Below are positions 37,935 to 51,741 of a stretch of 64,000 nt of DNA, piece by piece. The first letter of the stretch is position 1; each line of letters opens with the position of its first letter. The notes under the pieces were generated by a model. It searched no databases and had not been told where the DNA came from. It saw nothing but the letters and a program-made list of their open reading frames with translations. Made by a program: the position numbers and the translations under genes. Source of the stretch: Eledone cirrhosa (Eukaryota); contig OZ024742.1 in the NCBI GenBank assembly GCA_964016885.1, forward strand, positions 121,024,001 through 121,088,000. Direction: 5' to 3'.

Positions 37935-38355
37935 TTCATCATCGTCATCACAATCACCACCACCACCACTGCCGCCACCATCATCCTCATCACCACCACC
38001 ACCGCCACCGCCACCATCATCCTCATCACCACCACCATCCAAATAATTATAATCATTATCACCACCACCACCACCACAATCATCATCACCACCACCACCA
38101 CGACCACGATCATCACCACCACGATCATCACCACCACCACCACCACCACCACCACCACCATCACCACTACCACCATCCAAATAATTATAATCATTATCAC
38201 CACCACCACGATCATCACCACCACCATGATCATCATCATCACCACCACCACCATCACCACTACCACCATCCAAATAATTATAATCATTATCACCACCAGC
38301 ACCACGATCGTCATCCCCCCCCCCACTACTACCATCACCACCACCATCATTACTA
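37935..38355. repeat. (CAC/CAT)n tract with a thrice-repeated CCATCCAAATAATTATAATCATTATC unit
   Basis: Direct. Confidence 0.92.
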
Positions 38356-39724
38356 TGTTTTCCCCTCTTCCTTTGTATCCCCTTTACTATGTATATCAAC
38401 ATCATTGTTAATATTTCATTAAACATGTTTATTTGTTCTGCTGTCTTGTTTTAAGCAGGTTTGACCAGCATCTAAATAGAAGTGTGTGTGTGTGGGGGTG
38501 GGGGGGTGACTGTTGTTGTTGTTGTAGTTGACCAAAGGTGTTCTTGCATGACCATTCGTTTATTTGTTTTGTTTTCAGAATACATTGTGTCCAAATGAAA
38601 CTTTTAGAGGCAATAGTGTGTAACTTGAGGGAAATTTGACTGCTATTTCTAGCAAGTAGAAAATATCAACATAGAAGCTTCCTCATTTCCTTGAAGAGTG
38701 ATAGGTATTTCAATTGAAATAGTGGCAGGTTTTCATTCCAATTTCAACATACTGTGAACTAATATACCGAAGTCAATAAATATAGTTATGAATGTGATTA
38801 CACTGCAAGACAAATGAAGTATGATAGAAACAGTGTGCTTTGGGGGTTGATTATATAATTTGCTAATTTGCTACTTGTAACTGGTAGATAGATGAGTGGA
38901 GCAGCCAATGAAGATGATTTTTAAGTGTGATCTTGTGAAGAGCTGCTGAACAGACATGTAACAGCACAATTTTTTTGGCATTAGATCAATGACTCAGTCA
39001 GATGGCATGTTATTAGATTATTAACTCTTAATGTTTTCTTCTAAAATAAATATGAAATAAAATAAGATCCTGTACATGTTGGCATTTAAATCATCTAGTT
39101 TGTAACATTGAATTTTCTTTCTTTACAACTATACTTTTCTCCAAAGCACTATCACTGTTTATTTTATAGTAAGAAACATTGTGACATTTGTTCCAAATAT
39201 ACATTGAAAACATCAACAAAAACAGAAGCAGCTCATTTTTTTTTCAGCTCTATTTTTATAATGAATAAACTCATACATAAATAAACTTATAAATGACTGC
39301 TCAACCTACTAGAAATAGCAGCCATGTTGCCTCCAAATCACACCCTACTTTCTTGAAAATACTTTGGACAATGTTATCTTTGCTAGCAGGGAAAGCAGAT
39401 GTTAAATGTTGATGATGATATATATATTAAACACCACGTGTTGCTCATCTCTATTGGTTTATCTAACATCATTTGTGTATATATTAGCAGTATTTCGATT
39501 TACTTTAATCAGTTGCTTGTGAAATCTTACTGAGAACAGACACCTTAAAAGGGTATCTAGAAGTAGAATTTTGTCCAGGTTTGTAAATAAGTTATTTTAG
39601 AAATATACTCTGAATTTTTCTTGTCGACTGATATCATTACTCTGAACATCTAATGATACATTAAATTTTCTTGTGAGAGGTATACTCCTCTATTACAAAC
39701 TTGTAGGATTGTTTTATTCCTTAT

Positions 39725-39995
39725 TAGCATGTCATAAGGTTGTGAGTTCGATTCCTGGTGGCATGTTGTGTCCTTGAGCAAGACACTTTATTTCATGTTG
39801 CTCCAGTCCACTCAGCTGACAAAAATGTGTTGTACCTGTAATTCACAGAGCCAGCCTTGTCACATTCTGTGTCAAGCTAAATCTCCCTGAGACCTCCGTT
39901 AAGGGTACACGTGTCTGTGGAATGCTCAGCCACTTGCACATTAATTTCATGAGTAGGCTGTTCTGTTGATCAGATCAACTGGAACAGAGTGCCAG
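39725..39995 (+). mobile_element. SINE family B with a non-RTE 3' body
   Basis: GAGTTCGATTCC B-box, TGTGTCCTTGAGCAAGACACTTTATTTCA..GCTCCAGTCCACTCAGCTG; downstream body differs from 53432. Confidence 0.75.
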
Positions 39996-40352
39996 TCAGT
40001 TATGTGTTTTTAGAGGGTGCTTCAATTTGGCAGTCGTTAGAGCATAAGGTTGTTTGTTCTGGGTCTCTGCATTTTGAGTTCATATCCCATTGAGGTCCAC
40101 TTTGTCTGTCATCCTTTTGGAGTCAATAAAGGAATACTAACTCCCTGCCGATGCAGTCCTCTCTACTTCCAGCTGTCACATCCTGGATGTTTTACTGGAT
40201 TAAGGGGAGAAAAGGTGTCTGTATTTGCTTGCAACTGCATGGACACCTTAAACTATTAGCAAAAAATATAGTACATACTACCAAATCATACTCGATTGTG
40301 GATGATGGCTGTAGTTTCTTGAGTTAATACATTTTTAGTACTATATATGTAT

Positions 40353-40819
40353 ATCATCATCATCATCATCATCATCTTCGTTTAACGTCCATTTTCCACG
40401 CTAGCATGGGTTAGACGGGAGTTGTCCCACTTGAGGCAAGGCTGGTTGGGTGACCGTGTCTCACTCATATAGGACTATCTGGCAGGTTTTCTACGGCTGG
40501 ATGCCCTTCCTAACACCAACCACATTTACAGTGTGGAACTGGGAACTTTTTACCGTGTTACCTACACGGCCACATTACAGCGTGGACTGTGTATGTTTTT
40601 TGTGACACCTACACAATCTCGATCTCCTTTTCTCGTGCTGTTGGTGGGAGTGGGAGGATAGGGTAGGGGTAGTGGATTGGGGTGTATATTTGGTTAAGAG
40701 GTGCCTACTGACTGTAAGTTTCGCTTTGTATATAGGCAAGGCGGGTCTTCTGTATTACTGCATAGCACCAAAGATCTCGGTCCAGAGACATTGTCTTAGA
40801 GAGATGTAAGTGTGTGAGG
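40353..40819 (-). mobile_element. RTE LINE 3' end (subtype B)
   Basis: Near-identical to 34226-34690. Confidence 0.92.
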
Positions 40820-42193
40820 AAGGGACAAGACTGTGTGGTTACTAAGAATGAGTGTTTAGAAAGTAAACAAAACACAAACATAGAGATAGACATTTCCCCT
40901 CATCAGTTGTCTGCTGCGGGTCTTGGATGTCTCGGCGCATCAAAAACAATACATCCATCCGCAGTGAAAGTTATTAGAGAAAGAAAAGACAAAAGAGAGA
41001 TGATAGTGAAGAGAGAAAAAAAACGGAAAAGAAGGAAAGAAGAGAAAAAAAGAAAAAGTATACTGATAGAGAGGGGAAGACACAGGGCAGTGGCACATGT
41101 ATGTAAAGTAACCAAGGGGAGAGAGAATGAAGTTAAAAAAGGCAGCTAAGTTTAAGCCTTATTAACAGCGAGAGAGTTAAGACCTTATTAACAGTGAGAG
41201 AGAAACATGTCTATTCTTATATATATATATACACGTGTGTGTGTGTATGTGTGTGTGTTTATATATGGCTCACCTTTTCTCTTTGATGTCTATTACCAGA
41301 TTGCTTTTGTTTCATGTTGTAACAATAATACAAATAAAACTAAGATATATATATATATCATACACATAGCTATTTAATGCATATCAATCTATTTACTTGA
41401 TAAATATTAATGCTGCCAACAACACAGCTTAGTATTCATTCCACAGTTATAATTGATACATAGTTAATACCACATGGGTTTGTGTAAATATGGTTCATGA
41501 AGAAGATATACACCTGTCACTGCTATTATTTTGTTTGTGGTAGTCTTGGTAATCCCCTTAACTGTTAACAGATTCATTAGTTCTTTTGATATCCAACAGC
41601 TTGAAACCGCCCCTGGTTCTGCAATAAAAATCTATTTGTTTCAAAGAGTTAATATCTATCTAAAACCTTTCTATCAACATTTTATGTAAGAATCTTTAAG
41701 TTATATTCCAAACACCAGTTTAATAATAAGAAAGTTAGTTATTTGGTTATTTTCAAAATTATTTGAAAATCATAGGTAATGTCTTTCATTAGAAATATGG
41801 TAATTTTTAAAATGCAAAATGAAAGGTAACAAGTCTGCAATCCAATTACAACTATTCCATTTGTAACCACTTTCTCCAGAATTCAGAGTTAATGATATGA
41901 ATAAAAGAAAATCTCATTTCACTTCTATAAATGTAATATCGGAAACATGGGTATTATTCTTTCACCTCTGACTATATTATTTTTTAAAAAGTGTCTATAG
42001 AAAGAGAGCTGCTTGTCATTCACACATTAGTAGAAGATTTTAATCCTATGCTACATTGTAATAGTCTTTCAACATCTTTCATACAAATTATCAATGCATA
42101 TCCAGCAGATTATATTCAGCTCATTTCACTACAATCTCAGCAGATCTTGTGCATTCAATACCCATTTCTCATTACGATACAGCATCATACTCC

Positions 42194-42417
42194 TTAACTC
42201 TTTAGCATTTAAACAGGCCATATCCGACCAGAATTCTCTCACCTCTTTCTGTTCAAACCGGCCATAACAGGCTGTTCATATTGACGTTAAAGTATTTTTC
42301 TTAAAAAAATTAATATTGAAATCTCATAGATTCGATATTATGTGAGATAATTATGTGAAATAAAATGTTTACCATGAAAATACAATTGTATATATAATGT
42401 AAATACTAAAGGGTTAA
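42194..42417. mobile_element. piggyBac-type MITE family 1
   Basis: TTAA TSDs, TIRs, internal homology. Confidence 0.88.
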
Positions 42418-43069
42418 GCACATTTCATACAGTCCACCTCTTGCACACAGAAAAATAAAAACTCTGTTGTTAACAGAAAGTAACAATACCCTGGACTTCT
42501 ATTCTTTTCTTATTCTAGTTACCCTACAGGTTTATAATGGTATCATAGAGTCATTTTAGTTAGCTTCTATTTTTTCTCTCTTTGTTTTTATTCATTCATT
42601 TATTATTTTTTTTTTTTTTTCAAATAACAAATATTTACTGCTGTTTAACATTACTACAGAGAATAGAATTATTGATATTAAACAGGACAGTAAATTTAAT
42701 AGATCGAAAAATATATTCAGGAGATCATACTGTTGAAATATATTAAAATTACAAGTTATTTGCCATTTACAAATTATACCTCACAGATGTAAAAATAATA
42801 AAGCTAACCACAGACCAAAACTATTATCTCACAAATGATTTTTTTTCTATTCATTGTAAAAGAAACTCCAGTTATAAACAGTGTTTAACCCTTTACAAAA
42901 TTAAAGTAAATCTGGCATAATATTCCATTTTATACTACATGGGAGTATACTAACAACACTTCCATTCAATCTAAAAAGTATCTAAGGGTACAGAACATCC
43001 AAATGTCTAGCTTTCCCTCACCATTACTTTAAAGCAGGGATTTTCAAGGGGAGTACTACCACCCCATTC

Positions 43070-43395
43070 ACCTTTAGAAGCTATTGAAATTGCTTAAGAA
43101 AGCATTATTAGGGAAGATATTTTTACAACCATCAGCCCATCAACAAGTTATATATACATTTTCCTCTGATACTTCTACCAAGACCACATAGCCTCTGCTC
43201 CTCTGAAATATCGATTCTACACTACTTCTTCATAACTCCACCTACAACTATCACCCCTGCTGTATCTTACATTACACAACACTTTATGGAATCCTTCATC
43301 CCCAGAACCATACCCTTTAGAATTACATTCAAATCTACATTTTTCCTGCTCCTACAGTTTCAATTGTTTAAAAGGGTCTGATAAAACTATTAGCA
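43070..43395 (+). mobile_element. Very old Jockey/CR1-group LINE 3' remnant
   Basis: Fragments FYQDHIASAPL / CSSEI and HFMESFIPRT resemble LINE C-terminal SFIPRT..LWN motifs. Confidence 0.4.
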
Positions 43396-43625
43396 TGGTT
43401 CGTCCAATTCAGATTTCTAAATAAAAAATAGCCAATAATGAGACGTTTTTGTTCTTTTTTTTCTGTATATAAACGGTAAAAGAGATTGGAATGTATTAAC
43501 AGACAGGAAAAAAAAGATCTAAGTGTTATCTTTTCCATATGTTGTCAGCATAATTTAATGAACAATGTGCCAAATGAGAATAAGAAAGAGGATAGGATTT
43601 ACAACAAAAATTCCACTTAACTATT

Positions 43626-44925
43626 CATTATCATCTTCGTTTAACGTCCATCTTCCACGCTAGCATGGATTAGATGGGAGTTGTCCCACTTGAGGCAAAG
43701 TTGGTCGGGTGACCGTGTCTCGCTCATATAGGACTATCTGGCAGGTTTTCTACGGCTTGATGCCCTTCCTAACACCAACCATATTTACAGTGTGGAACTG
43801 GGAACTTTTTACCGTGTTACCTACATGGCCACATTACAGCGTGGACTGTGTGTCTTTTTTTCTCGTGACACCTACACGATCTCGATCCCATTTATTTGGA
43901 CTGGATGTTGTGGTACCAACTTTACAGAGAGAGGGTGGTGTTGGTGGGAGTGGGAGGATAGGGTAGAGGTAGTGGATTGGGGTGTATATTTGGTTAGGAG
44001 GTGCCAACTGACTGTAGGTTTCGCTTTGTACATAGGCAAGGCGGGTCTTCTGTATTACTGCATAGCGCCAAAGATCTCGGTCCAGTGACATTGTCTTAGA
44101 GAGGTGCAAGTGTGTAAGGTCGGAATTTATCAGATCGTCCCAGGTTTTTCTGGGTCTACCTACTCCGTAACTACCATCAATTTTGATCGCCCTGCACTTT
44201 TTTATACAGCTGTTGTCTTTCATGCGCATCACGTGGCCATAAAAACGTAGTCTTCTCTCAAGTAAACAGCATCTGATCCCTCTTATTCCTAATTTCTCAC
44301 TTAGTTCATTTATGCTTTGCTGTTCACGTATATTACCATTACACATCCAATGGAGCATGCATGCTTTGTTCCTTTCCAGTCTGCACGTAATGCCCATGTC
44401 TCACTGCCATGTAGCATTGCTGTTCGTATACAAGCATCATACAATCTGCCTTTCATTTTTAGAGAGAAACCTTTTGTGTCCAACAGCGGTATAAAACTCT
44501 CTGAACTTTTTCCATCCTGTTCTGACTCTGGCTACTGTACTTTCAGAACACCCTCCACCACTGCTGATTTTGTCACCCAGGTAACGGAAAGTGTCTACTA
44601 TTTCTATAGAACCATCTGGGCAATAGAGGGAGCTAGTATCCTGTGGACACTTGCTACCTATTGCCCCTGAGCATCGACCACATATAAAGTCTACGTTCTT
44701 AGATAGTTTACCTGTGATCCCACTACATCTTTTATGTACCCATACTTTGCATTTGGGACATAAAATTGAATTTCTGCCTACTCCTTTCCTACACTGAGCA
44801 TGGCCATTTCCCTGAGGGTACCTGTGCCTTATTTTCCTTTCTACAAACTAGGACTTTAGTCTTAGACAAGTTAACTTTAAGGCCTTTTGATTCTAGGCCA
44901 TCCTTCCATGTTTGGAATTTCTTCT
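43626..44925 (-). mobile_element. RTE LINE (subtype B), 5'-truncated, includes PHD region
   Basis: High similarity to 34226-35510. Confidence 0.93.
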
Positions 44926-45279
44926 TTATGGATTTCTTCTTATTGTTAAATATTTGCATACCTGTAAACTGGTGTTGAGATATTATTTCTTTTTAAATGG
45001 CTAAGTGATTAAATATTTTTTTAAACTATAAAATAATAAATACTATTTTAAAAATAGAAAAATATTCAGTCTTTCTAATGAAATTTAGAAATTTAGAAAT
45101 TAAAATCTAAAATCCAATAATCTAAGATATATTCAATAAATTATCAATGCATAAGCATCTTGGGTTGAAGAAAAGTATAAATTGGTAGTGTAGAGAAGGT
45201 TGGTCCATTTAGTATTGCAGTTAAAATGGTATTAAAAGACACCTATTTAGATTCCACAATATTACATTTCATATATGCA

Positions 45280-46638
45280 TTAACCCTTTTGATAACTCCC
45301 TGTAACCACCTCTGGTTCTACTATACAAAACTATTTACATTTAAAGTCTTTATATTTATTTGAAACCTTCCATCATAATTTTTGAGGGATGTTAGAAGTG
45401 CAATGGAAATCTTGCCAGAAGCGAGGGGCCAGTGACGTCACACAGAAGTTCATGGCTCTTTCGTGCACTCATTGGTCTGGAAGCTGTACTTATTGATGAG
45501 TATTATGAATGAGTGTGTGAGACTTGCTATATTCTTTGGCCAAACATAAAACAGGTAAACATCTGCACAGGGAGATTCAGTCCCGACTTGCTTCCTACGA
45601 CAATTTTATTTAAGAACCTTTGTTAAGTTATATTCTAAACATCAGCTTAATGATGAGAATGCTGGTTATATTACTAAATCCCTCAATTCTTGATTATTTT
45701 TACAATCATCTTTCCTGCAATCAGACCTGGACTCAATGCAACAATGTATCATGGACTGGCAACTGAAGTTGTCTGTGGACAAGTCTACCACCATGCATTT
45801 TGGGAGGAAAAACCCAGCCTCCACATACTCCCTCCACAACACTAATATCAAAAAGTCTTCTTGTGAACGTGACCTGGGCATTACGGTCAGCAGTGATTTG
45901 CATTGGACGAAACACGTCTCTAAAATTATCAAGAAGGCCGAGGGTGTCTTAGCATCACTCAGCAAGACCTTTGCAGCCGCTCTCCAGCTATCTATTTAAA
46001 GCTGTACATAGCTATGATGCGTCCACACTTAGAATTTGCATCACCAGTCCGGAACCCCTATCTTGCTCAGAATATTGACCGCCTGGAAACTGTTCAGAGA
46101 CGTGCAACCAAGCGAATAACTTCCATCAGGCATCTACCATACTCTGAACGCCTTGCTTCCCTGGGCATGCATACATTGAAGCTCTGACGTCTGGCAACTG
46201 ACTTGGTAAATGCCCACAAAATTATTAACCATCTTGCCAACAACAACCCTGAGTACCTTTTTGATTTCCATGTGTCTAACACACATGGGCATGTCTACAA
46301 AGTCAGAAAACAGCACAGCTCCCATGACTTTTGGAAACATTTTTTCACACTCAGAGTTGCTGAAGCATGGAACAAACTATCTGCATCAGTTGTTAGCTGT
46401 CGGACACTGCATACTTTAAAACCTCCATGCTTCCTGAGATTCACCAACACTACACCTGATATCCCCTCTCCATACACACGCACACATGTATTTCATGACT
46501 CGTACACTGTTCACTTTCCTGACATTTGTACATTATTCTATGTACTATACATGCACCTTTGATGAGTTGTAGTGCACCTGAGCACTGTACACAATAATTT
46601 CATTATTATCATTTCGGATATGCTAATAAATGGGTTAA
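45280..46638. mobile_element. piggyBac-type MITE family 2 split by nested insertions
   Basis: TTAA-CCCTTTTGATA left end; ATATGCTAATAAATGGG-TTAA right end beyond the CR1 tail. Confidence 0.55.
45712..46612 (+). mobile_element. CR1-clade LINE 3' fragment
   Basis: Homologous to 7030-7940. Confidence 0.9.
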
Positions 46639-46967
46639 GTGATTATCTCCCTATTTCATTGCTACCCAGTTTCAGCAATCTAAATTTTCAAAACAATCTG
46701 TCCACAAATAAAGATAATATAAACATTTGAATTAACAAGTCTAATTTTTCAGAGACCTTCTTCTAAATCATTCCAAAATGTTGGGAGTTAAAAAATAAGA
46801 ATTCCATGAATCTTTAATGGGATTTGATTTATCAATAACATAGATAAAGACACCATAAAATGTCCTGTCAGTTGATTGAGTAGCAAACATTCCACTATAC
46901 ATCTTATTGTAACGACCAGAGCCATCTACCCACCAACCACAATGTACCTCATGTGCTTAACATCCAG

Positions 46968-47101
46968 CTTATTTATGTGAGGTGGTACGCCTTACATCTT
47001 TTCTATATATGTTTTTTACAATCATCTAACATTCAGCCTAGTTATGTGAGGTGGTACACCTTACATCTTTTCTTGATATGTTTTGGTACAATCATCTAAC
47101 A
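46968..47101. repeat. Tandem duplication of about 70 bp
   Basis: TTATGTGAGGTGGTAC.CCTTACATCTTTTCT...TACAATCATCTAACA occurs twice. Confidence 0.85.
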
Positions 47102-47489
47102 AAGCAATAACAATCTAAACAAAACAATAAAACTAATACAACAGAAATATTCCTTTGTTGCTGCAATAAGTAGAAGCCTTTCTCCTTTCAACTTTCCGTG
47201 GAAATATACTCTTCCTTCTAACAATGTTTCCTCCCTGCTACCTACATACCAGCACTGATTAAGTTACATAAATAAGAAAGTTTATCAGCTACTTCATGCT
47301 AGACTGAACGAAATATTGTATAGTATGGATAGAACCCTAGAAGCTGTCTGAAATGATCTGTCAAGTGTGTCAAGGCACTTAAGGTATAAGTGTGTGTATG
47401 ATATGAGTTTGTCTCCGATTCTGTGTGTTCAAATCTTCAGCTATTAGCACTGAAACTCACTTCCCTCCTGTAGAGGCCTTTCTCTATTA

Positions 47490-47529
<40 letters not shown>

Positions 47530-47543
<14 letters not shown>

Positions 47544-48710
47544 TGTAGTTGTCTGTGTGTGTGTGTGTCCTCATTTTTGCAAAGTCTATACAAATCCACA
47601 TTTCTACTCCGATTGACTTCAAACTTGCATTTATATATTCCTTGCGGTCTAAAGATATTAACTGCAGCTTTTATTTTTCAATTTTCTGTTGTTAAAGGGG
47701 TGTTAGGCGCCGGTTATCGATCTCCGTAGCGCTCTTATAATATCTGTCTGTATGCCTGGCTGTCTGCATTACGACATTATGACAAACACTGATGACGTAT
47801 TATGTTCGCTATTTTCCGTTCATTGCCAGGGAACGTCTTCACAAACCAAAGTATCGTCTTCCTGTTTTCCTTCAGTTGCAACATTTTTTGAAATATTTAC
47901 TTCTGCGTTCACAGATTGATGTTTTTAGTTTCAGAAGATCCATTAAGTGTGAAAGCAGCGATTCTTTGCTTAAACTTTAATCTGTTATTTTAATATATAA
48001 TATAAGTGAGGCAAGCCAGCCCAGTTGCCACTTCTTGCCAATAAACATTAACCCTTTGTGCGCCATTCATCTAACTGTAGACCAACAAATACCAAGAACG
48101 ATGGGGAATGAATCTTCGAGGTAAGCAGCTTCCTCCCGAGCTGTTACTTCACGCGGGATTCTCTGCTACACCTTTTCATAATAATACCGAACAACGTACT
48201 GCTGGTCACTCCTTCCTCCAAAAGCCGTACAAAGCAGATATGTACATCGGGCAGATGGATCGGGTGCAAATCTACACCAGGCCTGCGCGAGAAATTTGCA
48301 AGGGACTGCACCAACAGGGATAGAGAGAAAGAGTAACTTAGTGGAAAGAGTGCGAATGAACTTTTGAGGTAAGTAGACTACGCCTTACTGCTATTGCACT
48401 GAAACCTTCTGCCAACTTAACCTGTGAGTTTCTATTTCACATTTACTCCAATAGGCCAAAACAGAGTGGAAACGCCGGGGGAAAACTGTCACAGAAGGAG
48501 TATGAAAAGAAGGGGCCCAACAATATTTCTATGAACAATGCACGTAGACAGTTAAACTGTACTTTCAACTTCTTAATTTTCTCTAAATAAAACAAGTTTC
48601 CTGTCGGTATATTTTTGTGAGTTTTTAACAGGCACTCACAAATAAATGTTTCTTATTGGTGGTGCTATTACCAATGTTCTTACCCGTGCAATGCCGGGAT
48701 ACACTGCTAG
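47530..48710 (+). mobile_element. Non-autonomous Helitron with internal cargo
   Basis: 5' TATATAAAACTG..GTCTGTGTG..CCGATTGACTTCAAACTT; 3' hairpin CCCG-TGCAATGC-CGGG then CTAG|T; modules shared with the RepHel-bearing element. Confidence 0.8.
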
Positions 48711-48735
48711 TATATATATACATATATATATATAT

Positions 48736-48849
48736 ATCATCATCATCATCACCGTTTTACGTCCGTTCTTCCACGCTAGCATGGGTTAGACGGGTTGTCC
48801 TGTTGTGGGCAGTGTCTGGTCGGCTGACCTTGCCTTGCTCATACAGGAA
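48736..48849 (-). mobile_element. RTE LINE extreme 3' end (subtype A)
   Basis: Matches 60135-60252; (TA)n on both sides. Confidence 0.88.
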
Positions 48850-49029
48850 ATATATATATATAGTATAATTAACAGCAGTTTTTAATAATCGTATTTAAGA
48901 GTATTCAACAGAATTCGTAATATGATCGGCTTGTCCCCCCACAGCCCCAGTGGACAGAGTGGAGGAGGCGTTTCCCCAGAGGATGGCAAGAGAGACGCGC
49001 TGGAATGATTGTTTCTCTCTCTTTCGTAA

Positions 49030-50910
49030 ATAGATAGATATACATATGGGTAACTATGTAGGCAGATAGATAGATAGATAGATATACATGGGTGACTATG
49101 TAGGTAGATAGATATATGGGTGACTATGTAGGCAGATAGATATATAGGTAACTATGTAGATAGATAGATAGATATATATGGGTGCCTATGTAGGTAGATA
49201 GATATATGGGTGACTATGTAGGTAGAGAGATATATAGGTAACTATGTAGGCAGATAGATATATGCGTGACTATGTAGGAAGATAGATATATGGGTGACTA
49301 TGTTGGTAGATAGATATCTGGGTGACTATGTAGGTAGATAGATAGATATATGGGTGACTTTGTAGGTAGAGAGATATATGGGTAGGCAGATAGATAGATA
49401 TATGGGTGACTTTGTAGGTAGAGAGATATATGGGTAACTATATAGGCAGATAGATATATGGGTAACTATGTAGGTAGATAGATAGATATATGGGTGACTA
49501 TGTTGGTAGATAGATATATGGGTAACTATGTAGGTAGATAGATAGATATATGGGTGACTTTGTAGGTAGAGAGATATATGGGTAACTATGTAGGCAGATA
49601 GATAGATATATGGGTGACTTTGTAGGTAGAGAGATATATGGGTAACTATGTAGGCAGATAGATATATGGGTAACTATGTAGGTAGATAGATAGATATATG
49701 GGTGACTATGTTGGTAGATAGATATATGGGTAACTATGTAGGTAGATAGATAGATATATGGGTGACTTTGTAGGTAGAGAGATATATGGGTAACTATGTA
49801 GGCAGATAGATATATGGGTAACTATGTAGGTAGATAGATAGATATATGGGTGACTTTGTAGGTAGAGAGATATATGGGTAACTATGTAGGCAGATAGATA
49901 GATATATGGGTGACTTTGTAGGTAGAGAGATATATGGGTAACTATGTAGGCAGATAGATATATGGGTAACTATGTAGGTAGATAGATAGATATATGGGTG
50001 ACTATGTTGGTAGATAGATATATGGGTAACTATGTAGGTAGATAGATAGATATATGGGTGACTTTGTAGGTAGAGAGATATATGGGTAACTATGTAGGCA
50101 GATAGATTAATGGGTAACTATGTAGGTAGATAGATAGATATATGGGTGACTTTGTAGGTAGAGAGATAGATACATGGGTAACTATGTAGGCAGATAGATA
50201 GATATATGGGTAACTTTGTAGGTAGAGAGATATATGGGTAACTATGTAGGCAGATAGATAGATATATGGGTGACTTTGTAGGTAGAGAGATATATGGGTA
50301 ACTATGTAGGCAGATAGATAGATAAATGGGTGACTATGTAGGTAGATAGATATATGGGTGACTATGTAGGTAGATAGATATATGGGTAACTATGTAGGTA
50401 GATAGATATATGGGTGACTTTGTAGGTAGAGAGATATATGGGTGACTATGTTGGTAGATAGATATATGGGTAACTATGTAGGTAGATAGATATATGGGTA
50501 ACTATGTAGGTAGATAGATATATGGGTAACTTTGTAGGTAGAGAGATATATGGGTAACTATGTAGGTAGATAGATAGATATATGGGTGACTTTGTAGGTA
50601 GAGAGATATATGGGTAACTATGTAGGCAGATAGATAGATACATGGGTGACTATGTAGGTAGATAGATGTATGGGTGACTATGTTGGTAGATAGATATATG
50701 GGTAACTATGTAGGTAGATAGATATATGGGTGACTTTGTAGGTAGAGAGATATATGGGTAACTATGTTTGTAGATAGATATATGGGTAGGTATGTAGGTA
50801 GATGGATATGGGTGACTATGTAGGCAGATAGATAGATATATGGGTGACTATGTTGGTAGATAGATATATGGGTAACTATGTTGGTAGATGGATATGGGTG
50901 CATGTATGTC
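49030..50910. repeat. ~29-33-bp minisatellite (GATATATGGGT[AG]ACT[AT]TGTAGG[TC]AGATA) with internal (GATA)n
   Basis: About 60 tandem units. Confidence 0.97.
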
Positions 50911-51019
50911 AAAGGATTAAAAAGTTTGTTTCAAAAATCATGAGGTCTGGGTTTGATCAACAATGCAAGATGGCAAGCACCATGGGTCTTCTGCCATAAC
51001 CATGGGTCAACTCAAACCT

Positions 51020-51300
51020 CCACCTCCTTCTTCATCTTCTCACCAACATATTCCTGGAAGGTTTGTGGGGACAGACTCCTCAAGCACACCTTGTAACAGG
51101 TCCTGTCAAACATTTCCAATTGATCCAGGTGGATCCCCAAGCATGACCAGCCGAGCCCATGGATGTTATCCAGCCAGCCTTGACCACTTGTTACAGTGAC
51201 TTGATCCAAGCCAGGGGCCTTCCCATTTTTTAGCAAGCATGTGGCTTCTTTCACTTCCTCTAATGTAGGCTCAGTATTGGCTACAGGAGTGGCAGGAGGA
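51020..51300 (-). mobile_element. Expander-like RTE with the whole RT deleted
   Basis: EPTLEEVKEATCLLKNGKAPGLDQV joined directly to WLDNIHGLGWSCLGIHLDQLE..KVCLRSLSPQ. Confidence 0.7.
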
Positions 51301-51416
51301 TCGACAGATGGTGGAGCTGCCAGCGTTCCCAGGGGTGGGTCGTGGAGCTGCCAGCGTTCCCTGGGGTGGGTCGTGGAGCTGCTAGCATTCCCTGGGGTGG
51401 GTTGTGGTTATAGAGT

Positions 51417-51447
<31 letters not shown>

Positions 51448-51709
51448 TACAACAGTTAAGATTTTTATTACAAGCAATGCATTTTGAGACAAAAAATAAT
51501 CACAATGGTAATTGAAGTAAATATTATTTACTTGCCTACCTGGCAGGTAAATATCAGTGGCGAAGGGTAACCTGGAAAGCAGGGCATGCAGTCCAATCAC
51601 CATGGCGGTAAGTGAGGCAGTGCAGCCTTACCCCCCTCCCCTCCCAATTCCCTCTAAATGACCCTCCCGGTCAAAGCCGCATGTAGTGTTATCTAGTGTG
51701 TGTGTGTGT

Positions 51710-51710
51710 T

Positions 51711-51741
<31 letters not shown>

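Noticed and set aside
37174-38426. Met-rich, Ile-rich and Gly/Asp-rich ORFs
   Set aside because: Trinucleotide microsatellite translations, open in several frames on both strands
51535-51600. U1 snRNA-like start (TACCTGGCAGG)
   Set aside because: Similarity limited to about 11 nt; no U1 stem-loops or Sm site recognisable
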